Assembly (NCBI GenBank): GCA_035496795.1
Contig: DATJEJ010000008.1
Coordinates: 1-36,404, forward strand
DNA from: Candidatus Omnitrophota bacterium
GTDB lineage: Bacteria > Eisenbacteria > RBG-16-71-46 > SZUA-252
Reading direction: 5' to 3'
DNA length: 36,404 nucleotides
Position 1 is the first letter of the stretch; each line of letters opens with the position of its first letter. Made by a program: the position numbers and the translations under genes. Positions 1-7,069 of the stretch are shown one piece after another. The notes under the pieces were generated by a model. That model was not told the DNA's origin and did not search any database. It was given only the letters and a program-made list of their open reading frames with translations.

Positions 1-1
1 G

Positions 2-196
2 GTGACGCTGCGGATCTTCAACGTGGGCGGCCAGCTGGTTCGGACGCTTTCGACGAAGGCCGAGGCCGGTGCCAACGAGGTTCGTTGGAACGGTCGTCGT
101 GATGACGGAACGCAGCTGGCGAGCGGTGTGTACTTCTACAAGGTGAAGTTCGCCGACGGCTCCGAGTCCGGAAGCCGCATGGCGCTTGTGAAGTAA
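2..196 (+). CDS. C-terminal fragment of a secreted protein ending in a T9SS-type / FlgD-Ig-like C-terminal sorting domain (5' end outside window)
   Basis: The frame is open to the window edge and stops at TAA 194-196. LRIFNVGGQLVRTL...VRWNGRRDDGTQLASGVYFYKVKF...RMALVK fits the Por_Secre_tail/FlgD-Ig pattern (l.i.n..G..V.tL...W.G.d..G...asGvYfy.v....k). A strong intrinsic terminator follows. Confidence 0.75.
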   Translation: MTLRIFNVGGQLVRTLSTKAEAGANEVRWNGRRDDGTQLASGVYFYKVKFADGSESGSRMALVK

Positions 197-222
197 CACT
201 CGCAGCAAAGCAGTCGCGAGGG

Positions 223-254
223 GGCCGCCGGGCAACCGGCGGCCTCTTTGTTTT
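223..254 (+). terminator. Rho-independent terminator after the CTD-protein gene
   Basis: Perfect 9-bp stem GGCCGCCGG (223-231) / CCGGCGGCC (236-244) with a GCAA tetraloop. It is followed by TCTTTGTTTT (245-254) and lies 27 nt after the stop codon. Confidence 0.8.
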
Positions 255-354
255 CACATTCTTGTTAAGTGCGCTTTCCGCGCCGATCCCGCACACGGCG
301 TTGAACTTGAGGCTCTAGGAAGACCCGGCTCTCGACAAGCGTCCGGCGCGGAGG

Positions 355-383
355 TTGACTCCGCCCTCCCGCCGCAGTGCAAT
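355..383 (+). promoter_or_regulatory. Candidate sigma70-type promoter for the small OMP gene
   Basis: TTGACT (355-360), 17-nt spacer, TGCAAT (378-383), about 45 nt upstream of ATG 432. Hexamer match only, no other support. Confidence 0.3.
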
Positions 384-431
384 GCAGGGGAAGGGCGGCG
401 GCTGCAACGAGACCACGACCAAGGGGGGCCC

Positions 432-914
432 ATGACATTCCGACATTTCGCTCGAGCGGCTACGGCCATCGTTCTGCTGGTTCTACCGTCCCTTGGGATC
501 GCCGGCGTTCGCGACGATCGCCCCAACCTGGTCGGAGGGGAGCTGGGCGGGCGCGGCGTGGCGTTCACGCTCAATTATGAGCGCTATGTCTCCAGCAAGT
601 TCGGGCTTGGGGCCGGGCTCATGGCGATCAAGGTGTCGGGAGCCGGCGTGACGATCCTTCCCCTGTACGCATCCTATCTCCCGGGAAATGTCCACAGCCC
701 GTACTTCTCGGCCGGCGCCACGCTGCTCGCCGGGGGCGGAGACATCAACGACTGGGAAAGCACGTGGTTGATCCACGCGTCGGTGGGGTACCAGTACAGC
801 TCCCCGGGCGGATTCTTCGTGCGACCCTTCTTCACCTACTTGCGACCCACGGAACGAGGAAGCGGAGACGACTACCTCATCTGGCCGGGGCTGACGATCG
901 GGGGCAGCTTCTAG
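432..914 (+). CDS. Small outer-membrane beta-barrel protein (predicted)
   Basis: ATG 432 follows the purine-rich aagggggg. Signal-like N-terminus AATAIVLLVLPSLGIAG. Alternating hydrophobic, Gly/Tyr-rich strands. The C-terminus ...LTIGGSF ends in Phe, as in many OM barrels. Confidence 0.7.
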   Translation: MTFRHFARAATAIVLLVLPSLGIAGVRDDRPNLVGGELGGRGVAFTLNYERYVSSKFGLGAGLMAIKVSGAGVTILPLYASYLPGNVHSPYFSAGATLLAGGGDINDWESTWLIHASVGYQYSSPGGFFVRPFFTYLRPTERGSGDDYLIWPGLTIGGSF

Positions 915-935
915 CCGGGTTCGTCGGAGCCGCGG

Positions 936-3314
936 TCAGCTCAGGTCGCTTGCCGGGGGGAGCCCCGACTCGATTCGCACCTCGCGGAAGAGCCGATGCA
1001 CGGAGGGATCCATCATCGGGGCCTCCAGCGGCCAGATCAGCGCGGCGTCGCGGCGCCGCGGCCCGAACTGGGGGAGGTCCAGGATCGGGTGGAGGTTCGG
1101 GTCGAGCCGTGCGGCGGTATCGACCTCCCGGATCATCACCGGGTTGAAGACCTTCGGAGCCATCGCGACGTCACCGAGGCGCACCGACGCCCCCGCGATC
1201 AGCAGCTGGGCGGTAAACGAATGCCCGGTTGCGTCGCAGAGCTCCCGCACCATGGCTCTGGCCTCATCCGTGCGCCCGTCGACCGCCGCCACCATCGCTT
1301 CGATCGCGCGCATGTCGTTGGGCTCAGCCCCGTGGGAAAGGCCCTCGCGCATCGCCTCGACGGCGGCCGCCCGATCCCCCCGCGCCAGGTGAACGTACCC
1401 GAGGGCGGCGTACAGCACGGTCGTGGGGAAGGGGTCCTTCGACAGCTGTCGGATGCGATGGGCAGTGGCGATCGTTTCATCCAGCCGGCGCGTCATGTAG
1501 GTCAGTTGGGCGAGCCAATGGTAGGGGAACGGATCTTGAGGGTCCGCCTCGACCGCGCGACGACAGTACCGTTCGGCGGCCGCGAGATCGGCGCGATTGA
1601 ACGACAGGACCGTCAGGTTGGCCAGGGCCGGCATGAAGCGCGGGTTCACTTCCAGGGCGCGCCGGAGCGCGGATCGCGCGGCCTCCTCGTCCCCCGCAAT
1701 GACCAAGTTCAGGGCCTCGGCCTTGTACGCCTCCGGTAGACGGGGGTTCAAGGCGATCGCCCGGCGCGCGGCCTCGAGGCCCAATCGGGTCGTTTCGGGG
1801 ATGTTCACCGACTTGCCCCACTGGCAGAGCTGTCCATAGGAATCCGCGATCCCGGCCCACGCGAGCGCGTACTTCGGGTCGATCTCGATCGCCTGCTGGA
1901 ACAGACCCATCGCCTCGCGCAGGGCCGCGTCGGTGTAGCGGCCGTACAGCTCGCGGCCCCGAAGGTAGAGATCATAGGCGCGCACGTCCTTCGGCCGGTC
2001 CTTGACGAGCGTGGCCGACTCCGTGGGCGTCAGCGCGACGCGCAGCGCCTCGGCGATCGAGGAGGCGATCTCCTCCTGCACGGCGAAGACGTCCTCCATG
2101 GTCCGGTCGTACCGCTCGGCCCACAGATGGAAACCGTCCGAAGCGTTGATGAGCTGTGCGGTGATGCGCAGACGGTCGCCCGCACGCCGCACGCTCCCCT
2201 CGAGCACGGCGCCCACACCCAGCTCCGCGGCGGCCTTCGGGAGATCGACGGCCTCGCCGCGGTAGCGGGCGACGGCATTGCGTGAGGCGACCCGGAGGCC
2301 CTTGATCTTCGAGAGATCGGTGAGGATGTCCTCGGTGATGCCGGCGCAGAAGTAGTCGCTCTCCGGGTCCTTCGCCAGGTTCTCGAAGTAGAGCACGGCC
2401 AGGGAGGGGAGCGCTGCCGTCGACGGGAGCCGGCCGCCCGAGCTTCCGGTGAGCTCGAGGGCGATGTCGGTCAGCTCGCGGCGAAGGTCGCCGATGTCGC
2501 GCGGGCGTTCCTGGACGTCCTTGGTGAGACACCGGCGGGTCATGTCGCGCAGCCGCGCGGGCACCGAGGCGGGGATCAGGCTCCAATCGGGTTCATGCTC
2601 GAGGATGTGGGCGATCACGTCGAGCGCCGTATCGCCGGTGAAGGTCTGGCGGGCGGTGAGGCATTCGTAGAGGACGCATCCGAAGGCCCACACGTCGGCG
2701 CGGCGATCCACGCTTCGTCCCCTCGCCTGCTCGGGGCTCATGTAGGCCACGGTGCCGAGAATGGCGCCCGCGGCCGTGGCCGATGCCGAGAGCGTGAGGG
2801 CCTCCGGCCCGTCGGACGGCTGCTCCTCCTGCGTCGCCTTTTCCTTCGCGATTCCGAAGTCGAGCACCTTCACCGCCCGCGATGCGGTGAGCATGACGTT
2901 GTCCGGCTTGAGATCGCGATGCACGATGCCCCGCTCATGGGCGGCCTCGATCGCGGCGGCGACTTGCCCGGCGACATCGAGCGCCTCGCGGACCGGAAGC
3001 GCGCCGCGCCCCAGCCGCTTGGAAAGCGTCTCCCCAAGGACCAGCTCGAGCACGAGATACGGCGTGCCCCCGGCCTCTTCGAGTCCGTAAATACCGGCGA
3101 TGTTCGGATGGTTGAGCGAGGCCAGCAGGCGGGCCTCGCGCTCGATCCTGGCGAGCCGTGCCGGATGCCGAGCGAACGCATCGGGCAGCCCCTTGATCGC
3201 GACCTCGCGACCCAGGCGCACGTCGCGTGCGCGGTAGACCTCGCCCATCCCACCGGCGCCGAGGGGGCTGATGATCTCGTACGCGCCGAGGCGGGTGCCA
3301 GGGATCAGGGGCAT
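936..3314 (-). CDS. Ser/Thr protein kinase with central TolB-N/FlgO-like alpha/beta module and C-terminal TPR repeats (paralog 1)
   Basis: Hanks motifs GAGGMGEVY, VAIK, HRDLKPDNVML, DFGIA, AYMSPEQ. Next comes LAVLYFENLAKDPESDYFCAGITEDIL...LEGSVRRAGDRLRITAQLI...LWAERYDR, then TPR-like helices to the C-terminus. No hydrophobic TM segment seen. Confidence 0.93.
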   Translation of the reverse strand: MPLIPGTRLGAYEIISPLGAGGMGEVYRARDVRLGREVAIKGLPDAFARHPARLARIEREARLLASLNHPNIAGIYGLEEAGGTPYLVLELVLGETLSKRLGRGALPVREALDVAGQVAAAIEAAHERGIVHRDLKPDNVMLTASRAVKVLDFGIAKEKATQEEQPSDGPEALTLSASATAAGAILGTVAYMSPEQARGRSVDRRADVWAFGCVLYECLTARQTFTGDTALDVIAHILEHEPDWSLIPASVPARLRDMTRRCLTKDVQERPRDIGDLRRELTDIALELTGSSGGRLPSTAALPSLAVLYFENLAKDPESDYFCAGITEDILTDLSKIKGLRVASRNAVARYRGEAVDLPKAAAELGVGAVLEGSVRRAGDRLRITAQLINASDGFHLWAERYDRTMEDVFAVQEEIASSIAEALRVALTPTESATLVKDRPKDVRAYDLYLRGRELYGRYTDAALREAMGLFQQAIEIDPKYALAWAGIADSYGQLCQWGKSVNIPETTRLGLEAARRAIALNPRLPEAYKAEALNLVIAGDEEAARSALRRALEVNPRFMPALANLTVLSFNRADLAAAERYCRRAVEADPQDPFPYHWLAQLTYMTRRLDETIATAHRIRQLSKDPFPTTVLYAALGYVHLARGDRAAAVEAMREGLSHGAEPNDMRAIEAMVAAVDGRTDEARAMVRELCDATGHSFTAQLLIAGASVRLGDVAMAPKVFNPVMIREVDTAARLDPNLHPILDLPQFGPRRRDAALIWPLEAPMMDPSVHRLFREVRIESGLPPASDLS

Positions 3315-3371
3315 GGTGGGAGGAGTCTAGGGTTCCCGCGGCTGAGTGTCGAGGCTACCCCGAACGACGCG

Positions 3372-3399
3372 AGCCCCGGCAGCCAAGGCCGCCGGGGCT
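3372..3399 (-). terminator. GC-rich hairpin between the VOC gene and kinase 1 (possible terminator, no U-tract)
   Basis: 9-bp stem AGCCCCGGC (3372-3380) / GCCGGGGCT (3391-3399) with a 10-nt loop, about 30 nt downstream of the VOC stop on the minus strand. No T-run follows. Confidence 0.3.
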
Positions 3400-3428
3400 T
3401 CGTCCTTCCCGCATTCGAATCCGCGGAC

Positions 3429-4232
3429 TTACTTCGGCGGCATCGCTTTCATCACGGCCAGGAACCCACCCGTGGGATCCTCGATCACCGCGAAGCGGCC
3501 CACGCCCGGGATGTCGGTCGCCTCGACATGGACCTTGCCGCCGTTCCGCTTGGCGCGCGCGACCGTGGCGTCGGGATCGTCCACGGCGACATAGGGCAGC
3601 CAGTGGGGGCCGGCCTCCTGGCCATGGGTCGTCACCCCGCCGCGCCCCGTGCCGTCCTTGGATTCGAGGACGTGGTAATCGCCTCCGGGGCCCATGTTCA
3701 TCGTCTTGTGCTGGAAGCCGATCACCGCCTCGTAGAAGGCGAGCGATGCGGCCGGGTCGGAGGTATGCAGCTCGTTCCAGAAGAAGGTGCGCGCCGGAGG
3801 CGCTTCCTTGCCCGACGAATCGGGCGGATCCCCGGACGCATTCCGGAAGAGATACAGCTCGGCCCCCTGTGGATCGGCGATTCGGGCGGTCCGTCCGACA
3901 TTCGGAATCTCATGGGGAGGCTCGAGCACCTTCCCGCCCTTGGCGGTGGCGGCGCGCGTCGCGGCGTCGACATCCTCCACCGACACGTACGAGATCCAGT
4001 GCGCCCGTGCATGACCGGCCGGAAGCGGCGTGTACCCGCCGATCATCGAGTCCGGCGCGTCGCCGGCCAGGATCATCTCGTACGCGCCCTCGGCCCAGGG
4101 CATGACCTTCCAGCCGAGCACTTCCGCATAGAACGCCTGCGCCTTCTTCTTGTCGTTGGACGCATGCTCGAACCAGACGAACTTACCCGGGCGCGTCCGC
4201 CGCTCCGTATCGTGGCTCACTTCGGGTGTCAT
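3429..4232 (-). CDS. VOC-family (glyoxalase/bleomycin-resistance/dioxygenase fold) protein, two tandem modules
   Basis: Two repeats of the VOC pattern: FVWFEHASNDKKKAQAFYAEVLGWKV...IADPQGAELYLF and FFWNELHTSDPAASLAFYEAVIGFQH...IEDPTGGFLAVM. RBS AAAGGAG lies 8 nt before ATG 4232. Confidence 0.9.
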   Translation of the reverse strand: MTPEVSHDTERRTRPGKFVWFEHASNDKKKAQAFYAEVLGWKVMPWAEGAYEMILAGDAPDSMIGGYTPLPAGHARAHWISYVSVEDVDAATRAATAKGGKVLEPPHEIPNVGRTARIADPQGAELYLFRNASGDPPDSSGKEAPPARTFFWNELHTSDPAASLAFYEAVIGFQHKTMNMGPGGDYHVLESKDGTGRGGVTTHGQEAGPHWLPYVAVDDPDATVARAKRNGGKVHVEATDIPGVGRFAVIEDPTGGFLAVMKAMPPK

Positions 4233-4250
4233 GAGAGGATCTCCTTTCCG

Positions 4251-4778
4251 TCAGGCGTTGGCGGTCTGGGCGCCCGCGTACGCGCGCCGCAAACCTTCGA
4301 TGTCGAGCTTCTTCATCTTCAGCATGGCTTCCATGACGCGGCGCGCACGGTCGCGATCGGCGTCCTTCATCATCTCGCCCAGCACCGTGGGGACGATCTG
4401 CCAGCAGAGGCCGTAGCGGTCACGCAGCCAACCGCACTGCTCGATCGTTCCGCCCGCGGACAGCGCATTCCAGTAGCGGTCGACTTCCGCCTGATCGGCA
4501 CAGTTCACGACGAAGGAGATGGCGTGGTTGAACGGATCCAGCGGGCCCGCGCTGATCGCCAGGAAGGGCTGCCCGGCGAGCGTGAACTCGACGACCTGGA
4601 CGGAGCCGGCGGGGCCGCTCGGCGAATCCGCCGCCAGCGGCGTGGCGCTGTCGATGTGGGAATCGGGGAAGATCGACGTGTAGAACTTCGCGGCTTCCGC
4701 CGCGTGCTCCGAGTACCAGAGATGGGGGACGATCTTGGAACCGCGTGATCCGGGGGAGACCTTCGGCTTGTCGTTCAT
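4251..4778 (-). CDS. PhnB-like / 3-demethylubiquinone-9 3-methyltransferase-domain protein (VOC superfamily)
   Basis: IVPHLWYSEHAAEAAKFYTSIFPDS...FTLAGQPFLAISAGP...ISFVVNCADQAEVDRYWNALSAGGTIEQCGWLRDRYGLCWQIVP...MLKMKKLDIEGLRRAY matches the family pattern end to end. The start ATG 4776-4778 overlaps the tetR stop (ATGA). The tracked 449-aa ORF is an artefactual upstream extension. Confidence 0.9.
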   Translation of the reverse strand: MNDKPKVSPGSRGSKIVPHLWYSEHAAEAAKFYTSIFPDSHIDSATPLAADSPSGPAGSVQVVEFTLAGQPFLAISAGPLDPFNHAISFVVNCADQAEVDRYWNALSAGGTIEQCGWLRDRYGLCWQIVPTVLGEMMKDADRDRARRVMEAMLKMKKLDIEGLRRAYAGAQTANA

Positions 4779-5407
4779 GACGCACGCTCCTTGCGGATTG
4801 GGTTGCGATGGAATTGCGTCTCGAGATAGCGGTGAAGGTGCTGAAGGCTCTCGGCCGCGACCTCGGGCCCCTGCTTGGCCTTCGCCAGCACGAAGGCGCC
4901 CTGGATCACGGACTGCATGAAGAAAGCGAGGCTTTCGGGATTCCAGGCGGCGTCCGGTGCGTAGCGCTTCTTCGCCTCGGCGATGTCGCGCGCCAGGGTC
5001 TCGGCGTGCGCGCTGATGTTTCGCTCGCACGCGTCCCGAATCCTGGGATTCGTGTCGTAGACCTCCTGGACCATGGTACCGAGCAGGCAGGTGAAGTCGG
5101 GGAGATCGCCTCGGAGGATCGCGCGACGGAAATCGACGTAGCCGAGGATCCGGTCCAGAGGGTCCGGCTCCGATCGGTAGGGCGCCGCGGCAAAGAGGCG
5201 ATCCGCCATCGCGGCGAAGTGGTCCGCCGCCTGGAGAGCGAGGTCTTCCTTGGTGTCGAAATGATGGAAGAAGCTCCCCTTCGTCAGCCCCGCGGCCTCG
5301 CAGATGTCCTCGATCCGGGTCGCGGTGTACCCCTTGGTTCGGATCACGTGCATGGCAGCCTCGAGAAACCTGGCCTTCGATTCGTGGGTTACGGTCGACT
5401 GGGTCAC
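4775..5407 (-). CDS. TetR/AcrR-family transcriptional regulator
   Basis: HTH region SKARFLEAAMHVIRTKGYTATRIEDICEAAGLTKGSFFHHFDTKEDL. I prefer GTG 5407 (GAGGA RBS 6 nt upstream) over the tracked ATG 5482. That ATG lies upstream of the -35 box of the predicted promoter. Confidence 0.88.
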   Translation of the reverse strand: MTQSTVTHESKARFLEAAMHVIRTKGYTATRIEDICEAAGLTKGSFFHHFDTKEDLALQAADHFAAMADRLFAAAPYRSEPDPLDRILGYVDFRRAILRGDLPDFTCLLGTMVQEVYDTNPRIRDACERNISAHAETLARDIAEAKKRYAPDAAWNPESLAFFMQSVIQGAFVLAKAKQGPEVAAESLQHLHRYLETQFHRNPIRKERAS

Positions 5408-5447
5408 CGGCCTGTCCTCGGGTTGCGGGATACGAGCCAACACCTGA

Positions 5448-5476
5448 AATATACCAACTGGTTGGTATGTTGTCAA
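5448..5476 (-). promoter_or_regulatory. Near-consensus sigma70-type promoter of the tetR operon with embedded palindromic operator
   Basis: On the minus strand: TTGACA (plus 5471-5476), exactly 17 nt, TATATT (plus 5448-5453). A perfect inverted repeat ATACCAAC-TG-GTTGGTAT (5451-5468) fills the spacer and overlaps the -10 box. This is a local AT-rich island in GC-rich DNA. Confidence 0.7.
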
Positions 5477-5598
5477 GCCCAAGATTGCTCTCGCCTTGGG
5501 GAAGCTCGCATCGGTGCGCCCATGGTAGACCTTGCCGCCGGGAGCTGCCCGGCGGAGGATCCCGCTCGAACCCCCAATTCCCTCGCCCGAGGAGCGCC

Positions 5599-5718
5599 AT
5601 GGAACCCTTCCAGTACCACGTCTACGTCTGCGATCAGAAGAAGCCGGAAGGCATGCCCAGCTGCACCGCCAACGGCTCCCTCGAAGTCATCGAGGCTATC
5701 CGGAGCGAGCTCGGGTAG
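5599..5718 (+). CDS. N-terminal piece of a thioredoxin-like [2Fe-2S] ferredoxin domain, ended by in-frame TAG (probable pseudogene fragment or recoding site)
   Basis: ATG 5599 with GGAG 4 nt upstream. MEPFQYHVYVCDQKKPEGMPSCTANGSLEVIEAIRSELG* carries the first two Cys of the fold. It is in the same frame as the downstream ORF. Confidence 0.55.
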   Translation: MEPFQYHVYVCDQKKPEGMPSCTANGSLEVIEAIRSELG

Positions 5719-5736
5719 CAGGGTCTGGCCGGTGGG

Positions 5737-6954
5737 GTGCAGGTGACGACCTGCGGCTCCCTCGGCCTGTGCGACCGCGGTCCGAACCTGGTCGTTTACC
5801 CCGAGGGGGCCTGGTATTCGGGCGTTAGGCCCGGAGACGTCCCCGAGATCGTCCGTGAGCACCTGCGGGCCGGGCGCGCGGTGGATCGTCTGAGGGCCGG
5901 CGACGCGCCGGCCGTGCGCTCCGTGATCGAGGAGAACGGTCGGAAGCGAATGGCCGGGCTCAAGGCTCGGGATCAGGCCGCCGTGCTGCCCGACGACTTC
6001 CAGCAGACGCTTCGCGCGTTCCAGGAGAGCCGCACGCTCCTCACGGCCATCGAGCTCGACCTGTTCACCGCCGTCGGCGCCGGCAACGACGAGGCGGCCG
6101 TGGCGCGCTCGGTGGACACCGATCCGCGAGCGACCGGGATGCTCCTGAACGCGCTCGCGGCGATGGGCCTGCTGGAGAAGCGCGACGGGAAGTTCTTCAA
6201 CGGCCCGGTTGCGGGACGATATCTGGCCGCGGGAGCGTCCGACGACTCGAGGGCCGCTCTGCTGCACACCGTCCATCTCTGGTCGCGCTGGTCCACGCTG
6301 ACCGAGTGCGTGCGCCAGGGCACTTCGGTGACCCTGGGCGACGGGCGCGGCGCGGACTGGGTCGAGACCTTCATCGCGGCGATGCACAAGAACGCCACGT
6401 TCCGCGCTCCACTCCTGGCGCGGACGATCGGGCTCGAGGGAGTGAAGCGCGTTCTCGACGTGGGAGGCGGATCGGGCGCCTACGCCATCGCCTTCGCCCA
6501 GGCACGCCCCGGGCTGGAGGCCGACGTCCTGGATCTGCCCGATGTGGTGCCGATCGCGCAACGCTACAGCGAGGCCGCGGGGGTCGGCGCGCAGGTCCGC
6601 GCCAGGACCGGCGACTTGCACGATCCCTCGCTCGGCACGGGCTACGACCTGGTTCTCTTTTCCGCCATCTGCCACATGAACAGCCCCGAAGAGAACCGGG
6701 CCATGCTGGGCAAGGCCTTCGCGTCGCTCGCCCCAGGCGGACGCGTCGTCATCCACGACTTCATCCTGGACGCCGACAAGGCGGGCCCGAAGACAGGCGC
6801 CCTGTTTGCGCTCAACATGCTCGTGGGCACGCGCGCCGGCAATTCCTACAGCGAAGAGGAGTACGCCGCCTGGCTTCGGGACTGCGGTTTCACGGAGATC
6901 CGCAGGTTCGGACTGCCGGGTCCGACGGGGCTTGTCATCGGCACGAAAGCGTAG
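5737..6954 (+). CDS. Family-2 O-methyltransferase (class I SAM-dependent) preceded by the C-terminal half of a [2Fe-2S] ferredoxin domain
   Basis: TTCGSLGLCDRGPNLVVYPEGAWYSGVRPGDVPEIVREHL is the ferredoxin C-terminal half. A wHTH dimerisation region follows (LLTAIELDLFTAV...LLNALAAMGLLEKRDGKF). SAM motif VLDVGGGSGAYAIAFAQ...DLPDV, and later GGRVVIHDFIL. GTG 5737 is only the first possible start after TAG 5716-5718. Confidence 0.85.
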   Translation: MQVTTCGSLGLCDRGPNLVVYPEGAWYSGVRPGDVPEIVREHLRAGRAVDRLRAGDAPAVRSVIEENGRKRMAGLKARDQAAVLPDDFQQTLRAFQESRTLLTAIELDLFTAVGAGNDEAAVARSVDTDPRATGMLLNALAAMGLLEKRDGKFFNGPVAGRYLAAGASDDSRAALLHTVHLWSRWSTLTECVRQGTSVTLGDGRGADWVETFIAAMHKNATFRAPLLARTIGLEGVKRVLDVGGGSGAYAIAFAQARPGLEADVLDLPDVVPIAQRYSEAAGVGAQVRARTGDLHDPSLGTGYDLVLFSAICHMNSPEENRAMLGKAFASLAPGGRVVIHDFILDADKAGPKTGALFALNMLVGTRAGNSYSEEEYAAWLRDCGFTEIRRFGLPGPTGLVIGTKA

Positions 6955-7069
6955 CCCGACACTCCGGTCGGGAACCACCGCGGGGTCGCTGAAACCTCGC
7001 GACGGTATCCGCCCGTCCAAGGAGACGATCTCAGCTGCGCCCCAACTCTCACTTGGAAGGGTACCTCTC

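Noticed and set aside
2595-4748. 717-aa ORF on the plus strand
   Set aside because: It lies antisense to kinase 1, the VOC gene and the PhnB-like gene, all of which carry clear family motifs. Its product is Arg/Gly/Ala/His/Asp-rich with no recognisable motif and runs across intergenic gaps. This is a typical shadow ORF of GC-rich DNA.
4779-5600. N-terminal extension of the PhnB-like ORF (tracked as 449 aa)
   Set aside because: It overlaps the TetR gene in another frame. The family-like sequence begins at ATG 4778. Similar artefactual 5' extensions were trimmed for the ORFs ending at 8479, 9520, 13137, 13313, 17631, 22264, 22883 and 29797.
5716-5718. TAG read as pyrrolysine or another reassigned codon
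   Set aside because: Other genes in the window terminate normally at TAG (for example 912-914, 6952-6954, 8477-8479, 24151-24153, 31862-31864). No pyl genes are visible, so global reassignment is very unlikely.
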